64,000 nt of DNA. It comes from Sulfurimonas sp. (GTDB lineage: Bacteria; Campylobacterota; Campylobacteria; Campylobacterales; Sulfurimonadaceae). The notes below the pieces were generated by a model. The model did no database searches. It worked only from the letters and a program-made list of their open reading frames with translations, and was not told the origin of the DNA. Position numbers and translations under genes: made by a program. The stretch's first letter is position 1. Each line of letters starts with the position of its first letter. The DNA lies in the NCBI RefSeq assembly GCF_023228785.1, contig NZ_JALOAN010000010.1, forward strand, positions 7,198 through 71,197, written 5' to 3'. Positions 1 to 10,800 of the stretch are shown in pieces.

Positions 1-76
1 AAAAAAATCTCGCTATTCGTATAAATGAGATCCTAGATTCAAGTGCAGTTTTATATCATCTCTCCAAAGAGAGACT

Positions 77-955
77 ATGATTAGACTTCTGCTTATCGCT
101 CTTCTTCCTCTAGTTTTAAATGCATCAAAAATTTTAAGCTATAACATCTACGATAGAACAGATAGAGCAGATGTTATGATAACTTTTGACACTCCTTATG
201 AAGGTGTTATAAAACAGAGTGTTTCTAACTCTATCATCACCATAAAACTAACAGATGCAAATATAGAGTCATTTAAAACAAAAAAACTCTCTTCAAAATT
301 TTTGCACTCTCTTAGCATAACACCTATGTCTGGATATACACAAATAGTTGCATCTGTAGCTCCATCAGTAGAGTTGCAAGCTTCAAAAACATCTGATTCA
401 TATGGACTTAGACTACGATTTCACCTAAATTCTCCAACATCATCTACTCAAACAAAAGCGCCAATTCCAACTAATAACCCCTTAGCACTCCTGCCGACTA
501 AACAAGATTCTGGAATGAGTCAGAGCTACTATATTGTTATCGCTATTTTAATAATCGGCATTTTGATTTTAATATATCTAAAGAAAAAAATGGCACCAAA
601 AGAGACTAAACAAAATAAATGGGCATACAACTCTTCAACATCAAATAGCACTAAGATGCAAGAAACGCCAAAGTTTGATGAAAATGTATCTATTAGATTT
701 CAAAAAAGTATTGATAACTCAAGTAGTGTAGTTATGCTTGATTTTGGTGAGCAAAGCTATTTAGTTCTTATGGGTTCAAACAATATTTTACTTGATAAGT
801 TTACAGATAACAAGCCAGCTACCCAAGATGAATTTGAATCGATTTTGAGAAATAGACAAGAAGATTTAGAAAGACTTTTAAGTCCAAGAAAAGAGTCTAA
901 AGAACCTCTACAAGCCTATAAAGAAAGAGCTGCTTCTATATCCTACGAGGCTTAA
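77..955 (+). CDS. FliO-like flagellar biogenesis membrane protein (signal peptide, periplasmic AMIN-like domain, one TM, cytoplasmic C-terminus)
   Basis: N-terminal signal peptide; TM YYIVIAILIIGILILIYL followed by KKK; C-terminal 'SIRFQKSIDNSSSVVMLDFGEQSYLVLMG' resembles the FliO cytoplasmic motif; architecture like Campylobacterales FliO. Confidence 0.55.
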   Translation: MIRLLLIALLPLVLNASKILSYNIYDRTDRADVMITFDTPYEGVIKQSVSNSIITIKLTDANIESFKTKKLSSKFLHSLSITPMSGYTQIVASVAPSVELQASKTSDSYGLRLRFHLNSPTSSTQTKAPIPTNNPLALLPTKQDSGMSQSYYIVIAILIIGILILIYLKKKMAPKETKQNKWAYNSSTSNSTKMQETPKFDENVSIRFQKSIDNSSSVVMLDFGEQSYLVLMGSNNILLDKFTDNKPATQDEFESILRNRQEDLERLLSPRKESKEPLQAYKERAASISYEA

Positions 956-962
956 GAAGTAG

Positions 963-2105
963 TTACTTTTTTGAGTCTACTTCAAACCTTGTTTTTAGAA
1001 GTTGTTTAATCTTCTTTAGGTTAGGCAAATTTAGTTTATAACTATCATCCATCATCTTATTTATATGAAAGACTTCTGTTACAGTTATCCCATATGGATC
1101 TTTTTTCTCTTTAATAACTTTACCAGCGTCACTAAAAGAGTATAGATAGAGGTTTTTACGATTTCTCTGCACGTAGTAAGTTAGAACTATCTCATCACTG
1201 TATTTTTTTTCAATAGCTACTATAACCCTTTGATCTTCTTGATACTCACCTTGTAGATCTAGAAGTTCTTTAGCTTCAGCTATATCTATGTAACCTATGT
1301 AAAACTTGTTATATAGATCATGGTATCTTTGCACTGTATCTTTATATAAAAAGTTCATATCTAGCGCAAATTTTTTATGAGATCTTAGAGTTTTTGTAAT
1401 CCATGACATAGTGTTGTAATATCTAAACTGATAGAGTTTAAGTGAGTGAGCTTCAATCATCTTTGTAGAGCAGACTCTTGAGATTTTAGATAGCTCTCTT
1501 GAGTCAGGATTTTGAATGTACTCTAGCACATCTTTTGCAGTAAATTCTTTTGTAAACCAAACTGTACAGTAGTCTGGAAACTGTCTAGTTCCAGTTGCAC
1601 CTTCGTTTAAAATAATAAGTGCTTTTATCTCATAATCTGGGAAGATAGTCTCTAGGAGTGCTTTTTTCTTTCTAAGTCTTTTTCGCAGTTTTAAAACTGA
1701 CTTTACAAGCGTCATCTCTACAAAATAGAGCTCTTTATCTTTTGTAATAAACATAGCATCAAACTCGCTAATCTCTCTGCTTTTTGTTCTATAAACGATC
1801 TGTTGCTTTTCACTTATGGAGAGAGTATTTGCATGTGCTTTTTGTCTTCTTTGATGAAAACCTTTAAGTATAAACTTATCTATATTATCATTCTCTTGGG
1901 CATATCTTAGGAGTTTTTCATAGATAAAATTTTCAAAAACTTCACCTTCAAATGAGCGGTATGAACTTAAATATAGTGTATCTTCTTTATCTATTCCAGA
2001 AGCTATGAGTGAGAGTAGATGATTAACATTATAATCATAATGAAAGATATTATCACCTATGTCAATATCATCTAATTTTTTTATCGATTTGCTTATCTCT
2101 AACAT
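963..2105 (-). CDS. Hypothetical protein with PD-(D/E)XK nuclease-like motif
   Basis: ORF 963..2150; ATG at 2105 (MLEISK) preferred because it avoids overlap with dusB; motif GEVFENFIYE...EFDAMF...YFVEMT. Confidence 0.55.
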   Translation of the reverse strand: MLEISKSIKKLDDIDIGDNIFHYDYNVNHLLSLIASGIDKEDTLYLSSYRSFEGEVFENFIYEKLLRYAQENDNIDKFILKGFHQRRQKAHANTLSISEKQQIVYRTKSREISEFDAMFITKDKELYFVEMTLVKSVLKLRKRLRKKKALLETIFPDYEIKALIILNEGATGTRQFPDYCTVWFTKEFTAKDVLEYIQNPDSRELSKISRVCSTKMIEAHSLKLYQFRYYNTMSWITKTLRSHKKFALDMNFLYKDTVQRYHDLYNKFYIGYIDIAEAKELLDLQGEYQEDQRVIVAIEKKYSDEIVLTYYVQRNRKNLYLYSFSDAGKVIKEKKDPYGITVTEVFHINKMMDDSYKLNLPNLKKIKQLLKTRFEVDSKK

Positions 2106-2115
2106 ATATAAACCA

Positions 2116-3069
2116 TTAATTAACCTGTTGATTGTTTTTGAAAAATTCATCTAAAACATCACGATACTCATTAATGTCAGATATATTATTTACACTATTT
2201 CTTAGCACTGATGCACCTTGATAGCCTTTTGAGTAAGTGTGTGTATGTTTTCTAAACATTGCTACACCATGACTTCCATAAAACTCTATCATCTTGTCAA
2301 AATGCTCCATGATTATCTCATGTTTGACACTATTTTCTATATCTTTACTTCCATTTTTAAGTTGATGAAAGATCCAAGGAGCACCAATGGCACCACGACC
2401 AATCATAATACCGTCACAGCCAGTATGCTCTAGTACCCATTTTGCCTTCTCGTATGAGTCAATATCGCCATTTGCTATAACGGGGATAGATAGTGCTTCT
2501 TTTATCTCTTTAATGGCATCATAATCAACTTCAGACTTAAACTTCCCTGCTCTAGTTCTGCCATGAACGGCTATAAAGTCGGCACCACTCGCCTCAACCA
2601 TTTTTGCTATCTCTATATGATTTTTTTTCTCAAAGCCTAATCTAATTTTTACGCTAGTTAAGCTCTTATTTGAAGTATCTTTCATAGTTCTAATAATATC
2701 TCCCATTAGAGGAAGATTTAGAAGCAATGAACTACCACTTCCATGCCCTACAACCTTAGGAACAGGGCAACCACAATTTAGATCTAGTATATCTATACCA
2801 TCTTGCTCATTTAAAATCTCAACTGCAGATCTCACAACATCTACATCTGAACCTGAAATTTGAACTGAGTAAGGATCTTCAATGCTTGCTTTTTTTAACA
2901 TGTGAAGTGTTTTTTGTGAGCCATGAGAGAGCGCATTTGAGCTTATCATCTCACTCACAGTTAGATCTGCTCCAAATTTTTTTGCAACACTTCTAAAAGG
3001 TAGATCAGTATACCCAGCCAAAGGGGCTAGAACATAGATAGGTTTAGCAAAGGATAGTTTATCAAGCAT
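2116..3069 (-). CDS. dusB: tRNA-dihydrouridine synthase B
   Basis: LAPLAGYTDLPFR, DLNCGCPVPKV, VHGRTR, ANGDI, MIGRGA motifs. Confidence 0.92.
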   Translation of the reverse strand: MLDKLSFAKPIYVLAPLAGYTDLPFRSVAKKFGADLTVSEMISSNALSHGSQKTLHMLKKASIEDPYSVQISGSDVDVVRSAVEILNEQDGIDILDLNCGCPVPKVVGHGSGSSLLLNLPLMGDIIRTMKDTSNKSLTSVKIRLGFEKKNHIEIAKMVEASGADFIAVHGRTRAGKFKSEVDYDAIKEIKEALSIPVIANGDIDSYEKAKWVLEHTGCDGIMIGRGAIGAPWIFHQLKNGSKDIENSVKHEIIMEHFDKMIEFYGSHGVAMFRKHTHTYSKGYQGASVLRNSVNNISDINEYRDVLDEFFKNNQQVN

Positions 3070-4085
3070 TAGATAAAAAGATTAATATTAAAGTTTTTAC
3101 CACACTCTTTTAGTGCACTATATGCTTTGAAATTTTGATATTCATGTTCTTGAGTATTTAGTAGCAACTCATTAGCAGGAGCTATCATTTCTAAATCATA
3201 AAGAGTAAATATATAAGCTTCAAAGCCATCTTCTCTCTTCTCGCCTAGTATCTCAAAGAGTTTCATTCTTTGTTCTGGGACCATATTAGTAGCAAGTGCA
3301 GTTGATATCTCTATAAGATCTTTTGCATCTAACTCAAGAGCATTTATTAAGGATATGAGAGCATCATTGTCAATATCTAAAGAGTTTTTAGAAGCATTGA
3401 TTCTTGATAAAACTACTAAAAGTCCATCTTTTGTTAAAAATTGCTTATGTTGTTCTATTAGAGTTATTGGAGCAGTCTCAAGCATATCTAGATATGCTTC
3501 TTTAACTAAAGAGTCATCATAGTTTGCTATATGACTTAAAATATTTTCTGCTGTAATGTTACCTTTTTTATAACGATTTTTATCATTTTGTATAACTAGC
3601 GGATTTTGTGGTTTTAATGCATACTTTTTAAGATCTACCACTTCACCATTTTGAATATTTTCTATAAGTGTTAATACGTTTTGAAGCTTTTCATTTTCAA
3701 CTCCGCTTTTTAGTAGAGTTGCTGGAAAAAGAGTCGAATTGTCTATAACAAAACCTAGCAACTTAAATCTTGGAGTTTTGTAACTATGTTCTCTTTTTTC
3801 TTTTGCTAAATATGCCTCAGCTATTGCATCTACAATGTTTTCATAGTCTTTATCATATTTACGAAGTTTAAAACTTGATAATATTGAATAAAATGACATA
3901 TGAAAAACACTAGCAATGTATAGTACTAAAACAGGTACAATCACCCAAATAGCAGTCGGCATGGCTGGTAAAGTAGTACCAAACACATTTAATGTCATGA
4001 TTTCTTGGGAGACATATGAATAAACATACCATCCCACTAAAGCAATCAGAATTAGTGATGCTATTGTGTATCTTTTTATATACAT
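3069..4085 (-). CDS. Conserved hypothetical membrane protein (two N-terminal TMs, helical C-terminus)
   Basis: Two hydrophobic segments at the N-terminus; stop/start overlap with dusB; sits in the dksA-dusB cluster. Confidence 0.65.
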   Translation of the reverse strand: MYIKRYTIASLILIALVGWYVYSYVSQEIMTLNVFGTTLPAMPTAIWVIVPVLVLYIASVFHMSFYSILSSFKLRKYDKDYENIVDAIAEAYLAKEKREHSYKTPRFKLLGFVIDNSTLFPATLLKSGVENEKLQNVLTLIENIQNGEVVDLKKYALKPQNPLVIQNDKNRYKKGNITAENILSHIANYDDSLVKEAYLDMLETAPITLIEQHKQFLTKDGLLVVLSRINASKNSLDIDNDALISLINALELDAKDLIEISTALATNMVPEQRMKLFEILGEKREDGFEAYIFTLYDLEMIAPANELLLNTQEHEYQNFKAYSALKECGKNFNINLFI

Positions 4086-4102
4086 AACTCGCTCCTTAAA
4101 AT

Positions 4103-4453
4103 TTAACTAGACTTCTCTACTATCTCTCTACAATCTATACAGTATATCGCATGAGGCTTAACTTTTAGTCTTTGAAAACCTATTGGGTCTTCGCACATCT
4201 CACAGATACCATAATCACCTTTAACAATTTTCGCCAAAGTTACATCTATCTCTCTTAGCTCTCTTTGTTGCTGACTTACGATCGCGCTCTCTACCATAGA
4301 GTTGTTATTCATAGCTGCATGGTCAGCCTCATCATTTAATTCTAAAGAACTTAATTGGGCCAACTCAGCATTAACGCCTGATATATTTTTTATAATTTGC
4401 TCTTTTCTACTCTCTAATATCTCTTTAAAGTAGTTTAATTCACTCTCTTGCAC
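4103..4453 (-). CDS. dksA: RNA polymerase-binding protein DksA (C4 zinc finger)
   Basis: Coiled coil with DEAD acidic tip; YGICEMC...RLKVKPHAIYCIDC. Confidence 0.9.
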   Translation of the reverse strand: MQESELNYFKEILESRKEQIIKNISGVNAELAQLSSLELNDEADHAAMNNNSMVESAIVSQQQRELREIDVTLAKIVKGDYGICEMCEDPIGFQRLKVKPHAIYCIDCREIVEKSS

Positions 4454-4464
4454 TTACACATTCC

Positions 4465-4923
4465 TTACTTATGATATGGATGATTACTTAGTATTGAAAA
4501 ACCTCTATAAATCTGCTCTAGCAAAACGACCTTTGCTATCTTGTGACTCATTGTGAGATTACTTAAACTTATGACTGCATCACTTTGTTTTAAAAAGTCT
4601 TCTTGCAATCCATAAGCACCGCCTATGAAAAATTTAACGGACATTCTATCATTTAATAGCTTACTAAATTCAAAACTATCGATTACTTTGCCCTCCGGAT
4701 GCAAACTTACGCAAAAACTACCACCCATATAGGGAGCAAAAGCTCTTGTATACGCTTCTTTTGAGGCATCTGATGAGATAGTGTGTGCTTTTGTTACATC
4801 TTTTGAAAAAAGTTCTATATCTTTAACTTTTGCAAAACGAGATATCATTTTTGCAAGATCTTTATATAGTGGGTCATAAGTAGAGCGTTCTTTTTTTGCT
4901 ATGCTAATAATCTCAATATCCAC
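4465..4923 (-). CDS. rlmH: 23S rRNA (pseudouridine1915-N3)-methyltransferase
   Basis: GTG start; FFIGGAYGL and [38 protein letters not shown] signature. Confidence 0.93.
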   Translation of the reverse strand: MDIEIISIAKKERSTYDPLYKDLAKMISRFAKVKDIELFSKDVTKAHTISSDASKEAYTRAFAPYMGGSFCVSLHPEGKVIDSFEFSKLLNDRMSVKFFIGGAYGLQEDFLKQSDAVISLSNLTMSHKIAKVVLLEQIYRGFSILSNHPYHK

Positions 4924-5481
4924 TTATAAAAGCCCGCTTCCTATAACTTTGTAAGTAACATGATTAAATTCATCATCAAGCTTTACTCCACCAATAGCAG
5001 CGACTAGATGCTTTGACTTAGCCGCAATGGAGTCTAACTCTTTACCTAAGATAGTAGTTATATTTGATTTTGTAGAAGTATCTCTATATGCGCCGAGTCC
5101 GATGTAGTTCAAATCCATCTCATTTGCAAGAAGAACTTCTTCTTCATTGTGCGCTGATATACCAATAAGTTTCTCTTTAACAACACTTCTAAGGATTTTT
5201 ACAGCTTTAAGAGCGTCTTCATCTATGGCTTTTAAATCCTCTTGTCCTACATGAACGCCATCGCAAAATTCTATAAGCTCATAAGCGTCATTTACTATCA
5301 AAAAGCCATCGTAGATTTTTCTAATTGCAATGAGTTGTTGTTTTATAAAGGCTATATCTGCATTTTTATTTCTATACTGAATAATCTCTGCATTATTGGC
5401 TTTTGCAAGAGCTACAAACTCTTCTAAAGAGAGCTCATTCCTATCTATCAGTTCTTGATCACATAGAGCGTAGAGTCGCAT
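4924..5481 (-). CDS. thiE: Thiamine-phosphate synthase family protein
   Basis: IIQYRNK, LIVND, GVHVGQED, IGISAHN, YIGLG, VAAIGG motifs. Confidence 0.75.
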   Translation of the reverse strand: MRLYALCDQELIDRNELSLEEFVALAKANNAEIIQYRNKNADIAFIKQQLIAIRKIYDGFLIVNDAYELIEFCDGVHVGQEDLKAIDEDALKAVKILRSVVKEKLIGISAHNEEEVLLANEMDLNYIGLGAYRDTSTKSNITTILGKELDSIAAKSKHLVAAIGGVKLDDEFNHVTYKVIGSGLL

Positions 5482-6326
5482 TAAGAAGCTTTTAGGAGTG
5501 TTAGCATATCAGAGAGAGTTTTTTTAAGCTCATTTCTATTTACTATCATATCAATAGAACCCTTCTCAAGCAAAAACTCAGCTCTTTGAAAACCATCAGG
5601 AAGAGCTGAACCTATGGTTTGCTCTATTACTCTCTGTCCAGCAAAGCCTATCAAAGCACCAGGTTCTGCGATGATAATGTCTCCTAAAGTTGCAAATGAA
5701 GCACTCACTCCACCCATAGTTGGATCTGTTAGGACTGAGATATATGGGACATTGTGCCTAGCAAGTCTTGCAAGTGCAGCTGAAGTTTTACTCATTTGTA
5801 AAAGTGAGAATGTACTCTCTTGCATCCTTGCACCTCCACTAGCACTCAGTATTACTAAGCCTTGTCTTTTCTCAATAGAGCGGTTTACCGCTCTTACTAT
5901 TTTCTCACCCTCAACAGAGCCTAGAGATCCACCCATAAAAGCAAAGTCAAAGATTACGATTTGAGCTGCTACACCATTCATAACTATCTCGCCACTCACA
6001 ACCGAAGACTTTCTTCCAGTCTTAGCAAAGCCTTCCTCTATCCTTTTTGTATATGCTTTAGAGTCAACAAATTTTATAGGATCAACTGGATGAAGATTTG
6101 CATCGTATTCTACAAATGAGCCTTCATCTTCTAAGAGTTTTATTCTCTCATTTACGCCGATACGAAGATGAAAACCACACTTTGGACAGACATAGTTTTG
6201 ATTTTCTACCTCTTTGTAGTACATCAAAGAGTGACAAGATTTACACTTTACCCAGTGCGAAGATGATTCGTTTTTAATTACTTGTTTTTTGTTTGAGTTA
6301 AAAGAAAAAATGCTTAAGAGGTTCAA
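5481..6326 (-). CDS. accD: Acetyl-CoA carboxylase carboxyltransferase beta subunit
   Basis: TTG start; WVKCKSC...VCPKC zinc ribbon; [32 protein letters not shown]. Confidence 0.96.
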   Translation of the reverse strand: MNLLSIFSFNSNKKQVIKNESSSHWVKCKSCHSLMYYKEVENQNYVCPKCGFHLRIGVNERIKLLEDEGSFVEYDANLHPVDPIKFVDSKAYTKRIEEGFAKTGRKSSVVSGEIVMNGVAAQIVIFDFAFMGGSLGSVEGEKIVRAVNRSIEKRQGLVILSASGGARMQESTFSLLQMSKTSAALARLARHNVPYISVLTDPTMGGVSASFATLGDIIIAEPGALIGFAGQRVIEQTIGSALPDGFQRAEFLLEKGSIDMIVNRNELKKTLSDMLTLLKAS

Positions 6327-6440
6327 AGAGTATCCTTTTGATATATAAAATTGCGAGCGATTATATCGTATTTATACTTTAAACTAGAAATAATCATATA
6401 AATTATAATAAATATTATTTAATGTTTCATATATTCTAAG

Positions 6441-6478
6441 GGCGTAGACTTATGAGAGAGTTTACACTAAGTTACGCC
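6441..6478. terminator. Hairpin downstream of gltD (possible terminator)
   Basis: GGCGTA-g-ACTTA ... TAAGT-TACGCC inverted repeat 17 bp past the gltD stop; no clear U-tract. Confidence 0.35.
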
Positions 6479-6495
6479 TCCAAATACTTTAAAAA

Positions 6496-7878
6496 CTAAA
6501 GCAAATTTCTAACTATACTTTTAGCTGCTTCTCTTCCATCATATGCAGCGCTTACAACTAGATCTGCACCTCTATAACAGTCCCCTCCTGCATATATTCC
6601 AGCTGTAGTAGTCTCATGTGTTTCTTCATTTATTACGATCCCACCCCAACTATTTATCTCGATACCATTTTCGTGCAAAAAAGATGGAATTTCTGTATCA
6701 AAACCTAAAGACATAATAATAATATCTGCATTTATCTTCATCTCGCTTCCTTTTACAAACTCCATCTTTTGGCGACCACTCTCATCTTTTGCACTAAGAG
6801 TAGTCTTTATTACTTTTACAGCTAGAGCCTTTCCTTCATCATTTAAAATAATCTCTTTTGGAGCTACATTAAACATAAATTCAACACCTTCTTCCATCGC
6901 ATTTTTATACTCTTTTTTACTTCCTGGCATATTTTGTGCATCTCTTCTATACAAACATCTAACTCTTTTTGCATCTTCTCTTTTTGCAGTTCTTAAGCAG
7001 TCCATAGCAGTATCTCCACCACCAATAACTACTACATTTAGATCTTTAAAATCAAACTTTTTATCATAAGAGAGTTTAAAGTTTTTTCTCTGCATCGCTG
7101 TTAAATACTCCATCGCATCGTAAACATTAGGTGCACCTTCACCTACAAGTGATGCTTTTTTTGCTTTAGTTGCACCGATACCTACAAACATCGCATCATG
7201 TGAGTTAGCTATCTCTTCAAAAGAGATATCTTTACCAACTTCACAATTTAGGATTAGTTTTAATCCCGCTTCTTCTAAAAGTCTTACACGCCTCTCAACT
7301 ATCTTTTTATCTAACTTAAAATTAGGGATACCATAAGTCAAAAGTCCACCTGCTCTATCACTTCTTTCATACATACTTACAGCTATTCCTGAGCGAAGAA
7401 GATATGTAGCAGCAGAGAGTCCAGCAGGGCCACTTCCTATGATAGCTACACTTTTATTTGTAGTTATACCAGGAAAAGCAGGCTTGTATCCAGCTTTAAA
7501 TCCCTCTTCTGTTATGTGTGTTTCAACTGAGCCAATCGTGATAGCACCATGACCATCATTTAGCGTACAGTCTCCCTCACAAAGTCTGTCATGAGGACAT
7601 ACTCTTCCCATCACTTCTGGAAAAGGCGATGGCTCATTTGAGAGCTTAAATGCAAACTCCAAATCACTCTGCGCTACAGCTTTTAGCCATTGCGGTATAT
7701 AGTTGTGAAGTGGACATTTATTTAGACAAAAGGGATCACCACACTGTATGCATCTCTCGCTTTGAGTTGAAGCCTCTTTTTCATCAAGTAGCTCATATAT
7801 CTCGCCAAAATCTTTTGTTCTCTCAACTACATCTCTTTTTTTTGCTTCTATTCTTTGGGTTGTTAAGTACTCTTTCAT
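6496..7878 (-). CDS. gltD: Glutamate synthase small subunit
   Basis: RCIQCGDPFCLNKCP Fe-S motif; GSGPAGL and GGGDTAMDC dinucleotide-binding motifs. Confidence 0.96.
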   Translation of the reverse strand: MKEYLTTQRIEAKKRDVVERTKDFGEIYELLDEKEASTQSERCIQCGDPFCLNKCPLHNYIPQWLKAVAQSDLEFAFKLSNEPSPFPEVMGRVCPHDRLCEGDCTLNDGHGAITIGSVETHITEEGFKAGYKPAFPGITTNKSVAIIGSGPAGLSAATYLLRSGIAVSMYERSDRAGGLLTYGIPNFKLDKKIVERRVRLLEEAGLKLILNCEVGKDISFEEIANSHDAMFVGIGATKAKKASLVGEGAPNVYDAMEYLTAMQRKNFKLSYDKKFDFKDLNVVVIGGGDTAMDCLRTAKREDAKRVRCLYRRDAQNMPGSKKEYKNAMEEGVEFMFNVAPKEIILNDEGKALAVKVIKTTLSAKDESGRQKMEFVKGSEMKINADIIIMSLGFDTEIPSFLHENGIEINSWGGIVINEETHETTTAGIYAGGDCYRGADLVVSAAYDGREAAKSIVRNLL

Positions 7879-7880
7879 GG

Positions 7881-10800
7881 TTAGTCTCCTTTGTCCGCAC
7901 TAAGAGGAAGTTTTGTTAAGTTTTTAGGTTTTACTAGCCAAAAGTTTCTTACCTCTACTCTGTAGTTATCTAGTAAATCTTTAGCCTTAGCACTTTGAGT
8001 CTCAACAAGATAGTTCTTTAGCAATTTTTTAAGTAAATGCCTTGCATCTGCGCTCTCATCAGTATCGATACGAATAGCCTCAACTAGCTCACGATTTACA
8101 TTCTCAACAAAAGTATGGTCTTTGTCATAAACAAAGCTAATCCCACCAGTCATACCAGCTCCAAAGTTTATTCCAGTTCTGCCTAGAATAACTACGATAC
8201 CACCCGTCATATACTCACAAGCATTATCCCCAGATCCTTCAACTATAGCCAAAGCTCCTGAGTTACGAACTGCAAATCTCTCTCCAACTGAGCCAGTTAT
8301 ATAGAGCTTTCCAGATGTAGCACCATAGAGACAAGTGTTTCCTCCTGCAGTAAAATCTTCGCCCTCATTTTTAGAAGTGATTATAATTTTACCGCCATGC
8401 ATTCCTTTACCGATGTAGTCATTTGCCTCACCCTCTAAATACAAAGAGACTCCATGAATCAAAAATGCACCAAAAGCTTGACCAGCGATACCTTGTAATT
8501 TTATCTTGATAGTATCACTCTTAAGTCCCCCGTCTCCATAATATTGTGCTATCTCTCCTGAGATTAGAGCACCAAAACTTCTATTGGTATTTCTTATCTC
8601 TCTTGTTAGGCGAATAGGATGTTCTGGGTGTTTTATAGCTACCATTGCTTCTTTTAAGAGATCTTTTTCAAAAGCATTATCATCAAAAGGAAAATTTGAC
8701 TCTTGCTGATGAGTATTTATTCCCTCTTCTTGATGTAAGATGGAACTAAAGTCAAACTTTTTTGCAAAGTCATTGTCCATAACCTTAAGTAAATCAACAC
8801 GACCTACCATCTCCTCCATAGTTTTATAACCAAGCTCAGCCATGATACTTCTAATATCTTCGGCTAAAAGTGTAAAGTAGTTGACAACTTGATCTACATG
8901 ACCTTTGAAAAATTCCGCTCTAAGCTTTTCATTTTGAGTTGCAATTCCCACTGTACACTTGTTTACATGACAAATGCGAAGCATTTTACAGCCCACTATC
9001 GTTAAAACTCCAGTACCAAAAGCGTAAGATTCAGCACCTAAAAGTGCAGCTTTTACAACATCAAGACCAGATTTTAGTCCGCCATCTGCTTGAAGCTCAA
9101 CAAGTGAGCGAAGATTGTTAGCTTTTAATGCGTTATGAGCTTCACTTAAACCTATCTCCCATGGATTTCCAGCAAACTTTATAGAGCTAAGTGGTGCAGC
9201 TCCTGTTCCACCATCTCCACCTGAGATGATAATTTTATCTGCATAAGATTTTGCAACACCTGCGGCAATTGTTCCAACTCCTATGGCTGAGACGAGCTTA
9301 ACAGCAACTCTAGCCTTAGGATTTACTTGTTTTATATCAAAGATAAGTTGTGCTAAATCTTCTATAGAATAGATATCATGATGTGGTGGTGGTGAAATGA
9401 GAGTAACACCAGGTACAGTATGACGAAGTTTCGCTATAAGAGGGGTTACTTTGTGACCAGGAAGCTGTCCACCTTCTCCAGGTTTTGCACCCTGAGCTAC
9501 TTTTATCTGAATCTCCTGGGCACTTCTAAGATAAGCAGGAGTCACACCAAATCTACCAGATGCAACTTGTTTTATCTTAGAGTTTCTATCACTCTCAAAC
9601 CTCACAGCATCTTCTCCACCCTCTCCAGAGTTTGACTGAGCGCCTATTTTATTCATAGCCATAGCAATGGTCTCATGTGCTTCTGGCGAAATAGAGCCTA
9701 AACTCATAGCAGCAGATGCAAATCTTTTAAAGATCTCCTCTTTTGGCTCAACCTCAGAGATATCTATAGGTTTTCTATCAGATTTAAGCTCAAAAAAGTC
9801 ACGAATAAACTTTAAGTCTCTTTTGTTTACTAAATCTCTTAGCTTGTTGTAGTCCTCTTTTTTACCACTTTGTGCCACAGCATGAATAGCATGGATGACA
9901 CTAGGTCCAAAGTCATGATGTTCTTGTCCATTATAAAACTTATAAAAACCACCAACATTTAGTGGAAAGATTGTATTAAATCCACCTTCTATGAAAGCTT
10001 CTTTGTGGTACTTTGAAATCCTTGCGTCTATATCATCATAACCTAGTCCACCAAGTTCTGAATGCGAGCTTCTAAAGCACTCATCGACTATCTCATCATT
10101 TAGTCCTAAAATGTCAAAAAGCCCAGCATTACGATAAGAAGCAATAGTAGAGATCCCCATCTTAGAAATAATTTTTAAAAGTCCTCCATTTAAAGCACTA
10201 TGAATAGACTTTAGTGCTTCAATACACTCCATATCAATAGCTTTTGAAGACTCTAGTTTATCTATCACAATAGCAAAAAGAAGATTTGGATATATTGCAC
10301 TCGCTCCATAGCCAATGAGCACAGCCGCACTATGGGCATCTATCACTTCACCTGTTATACAGACTATAGAAGTGAGATGACGAACACGAGATTCAAGAAG
10401 TGCAAAGCTTAAGCGACCAACCACCATAGCCATAGGGATGATTTTATTATCTTTACTAAACTCATAATCATCTAGTATGATTATCCTTGTTCCGTCTTCT
10501 TGTACGCTTGTGACTATCTTTTTTATAAGTACATCTAATGAGTCTTTTAAAGAACCTTGATATGCAGTTGAAAATGTTTCATTTTGATAAAAAGCTTGAT
10601 AACGAGGCGATTTTTTATCTCCAAAAGATTTTAAAACATCTAGTTTTTCACGAGTTATAATAGGCGAGATAGACTTTAAGCGATGTGCATGAGAAGGTAT
10701 TTCATCTAAGATGTTATGAACCTCTCCAAAACCAGCGTTAAGGCTCATTACAACTCTCTCACGAATTGGGTCTATCGGAGGGTTTGTAACTTGAGCAAAT

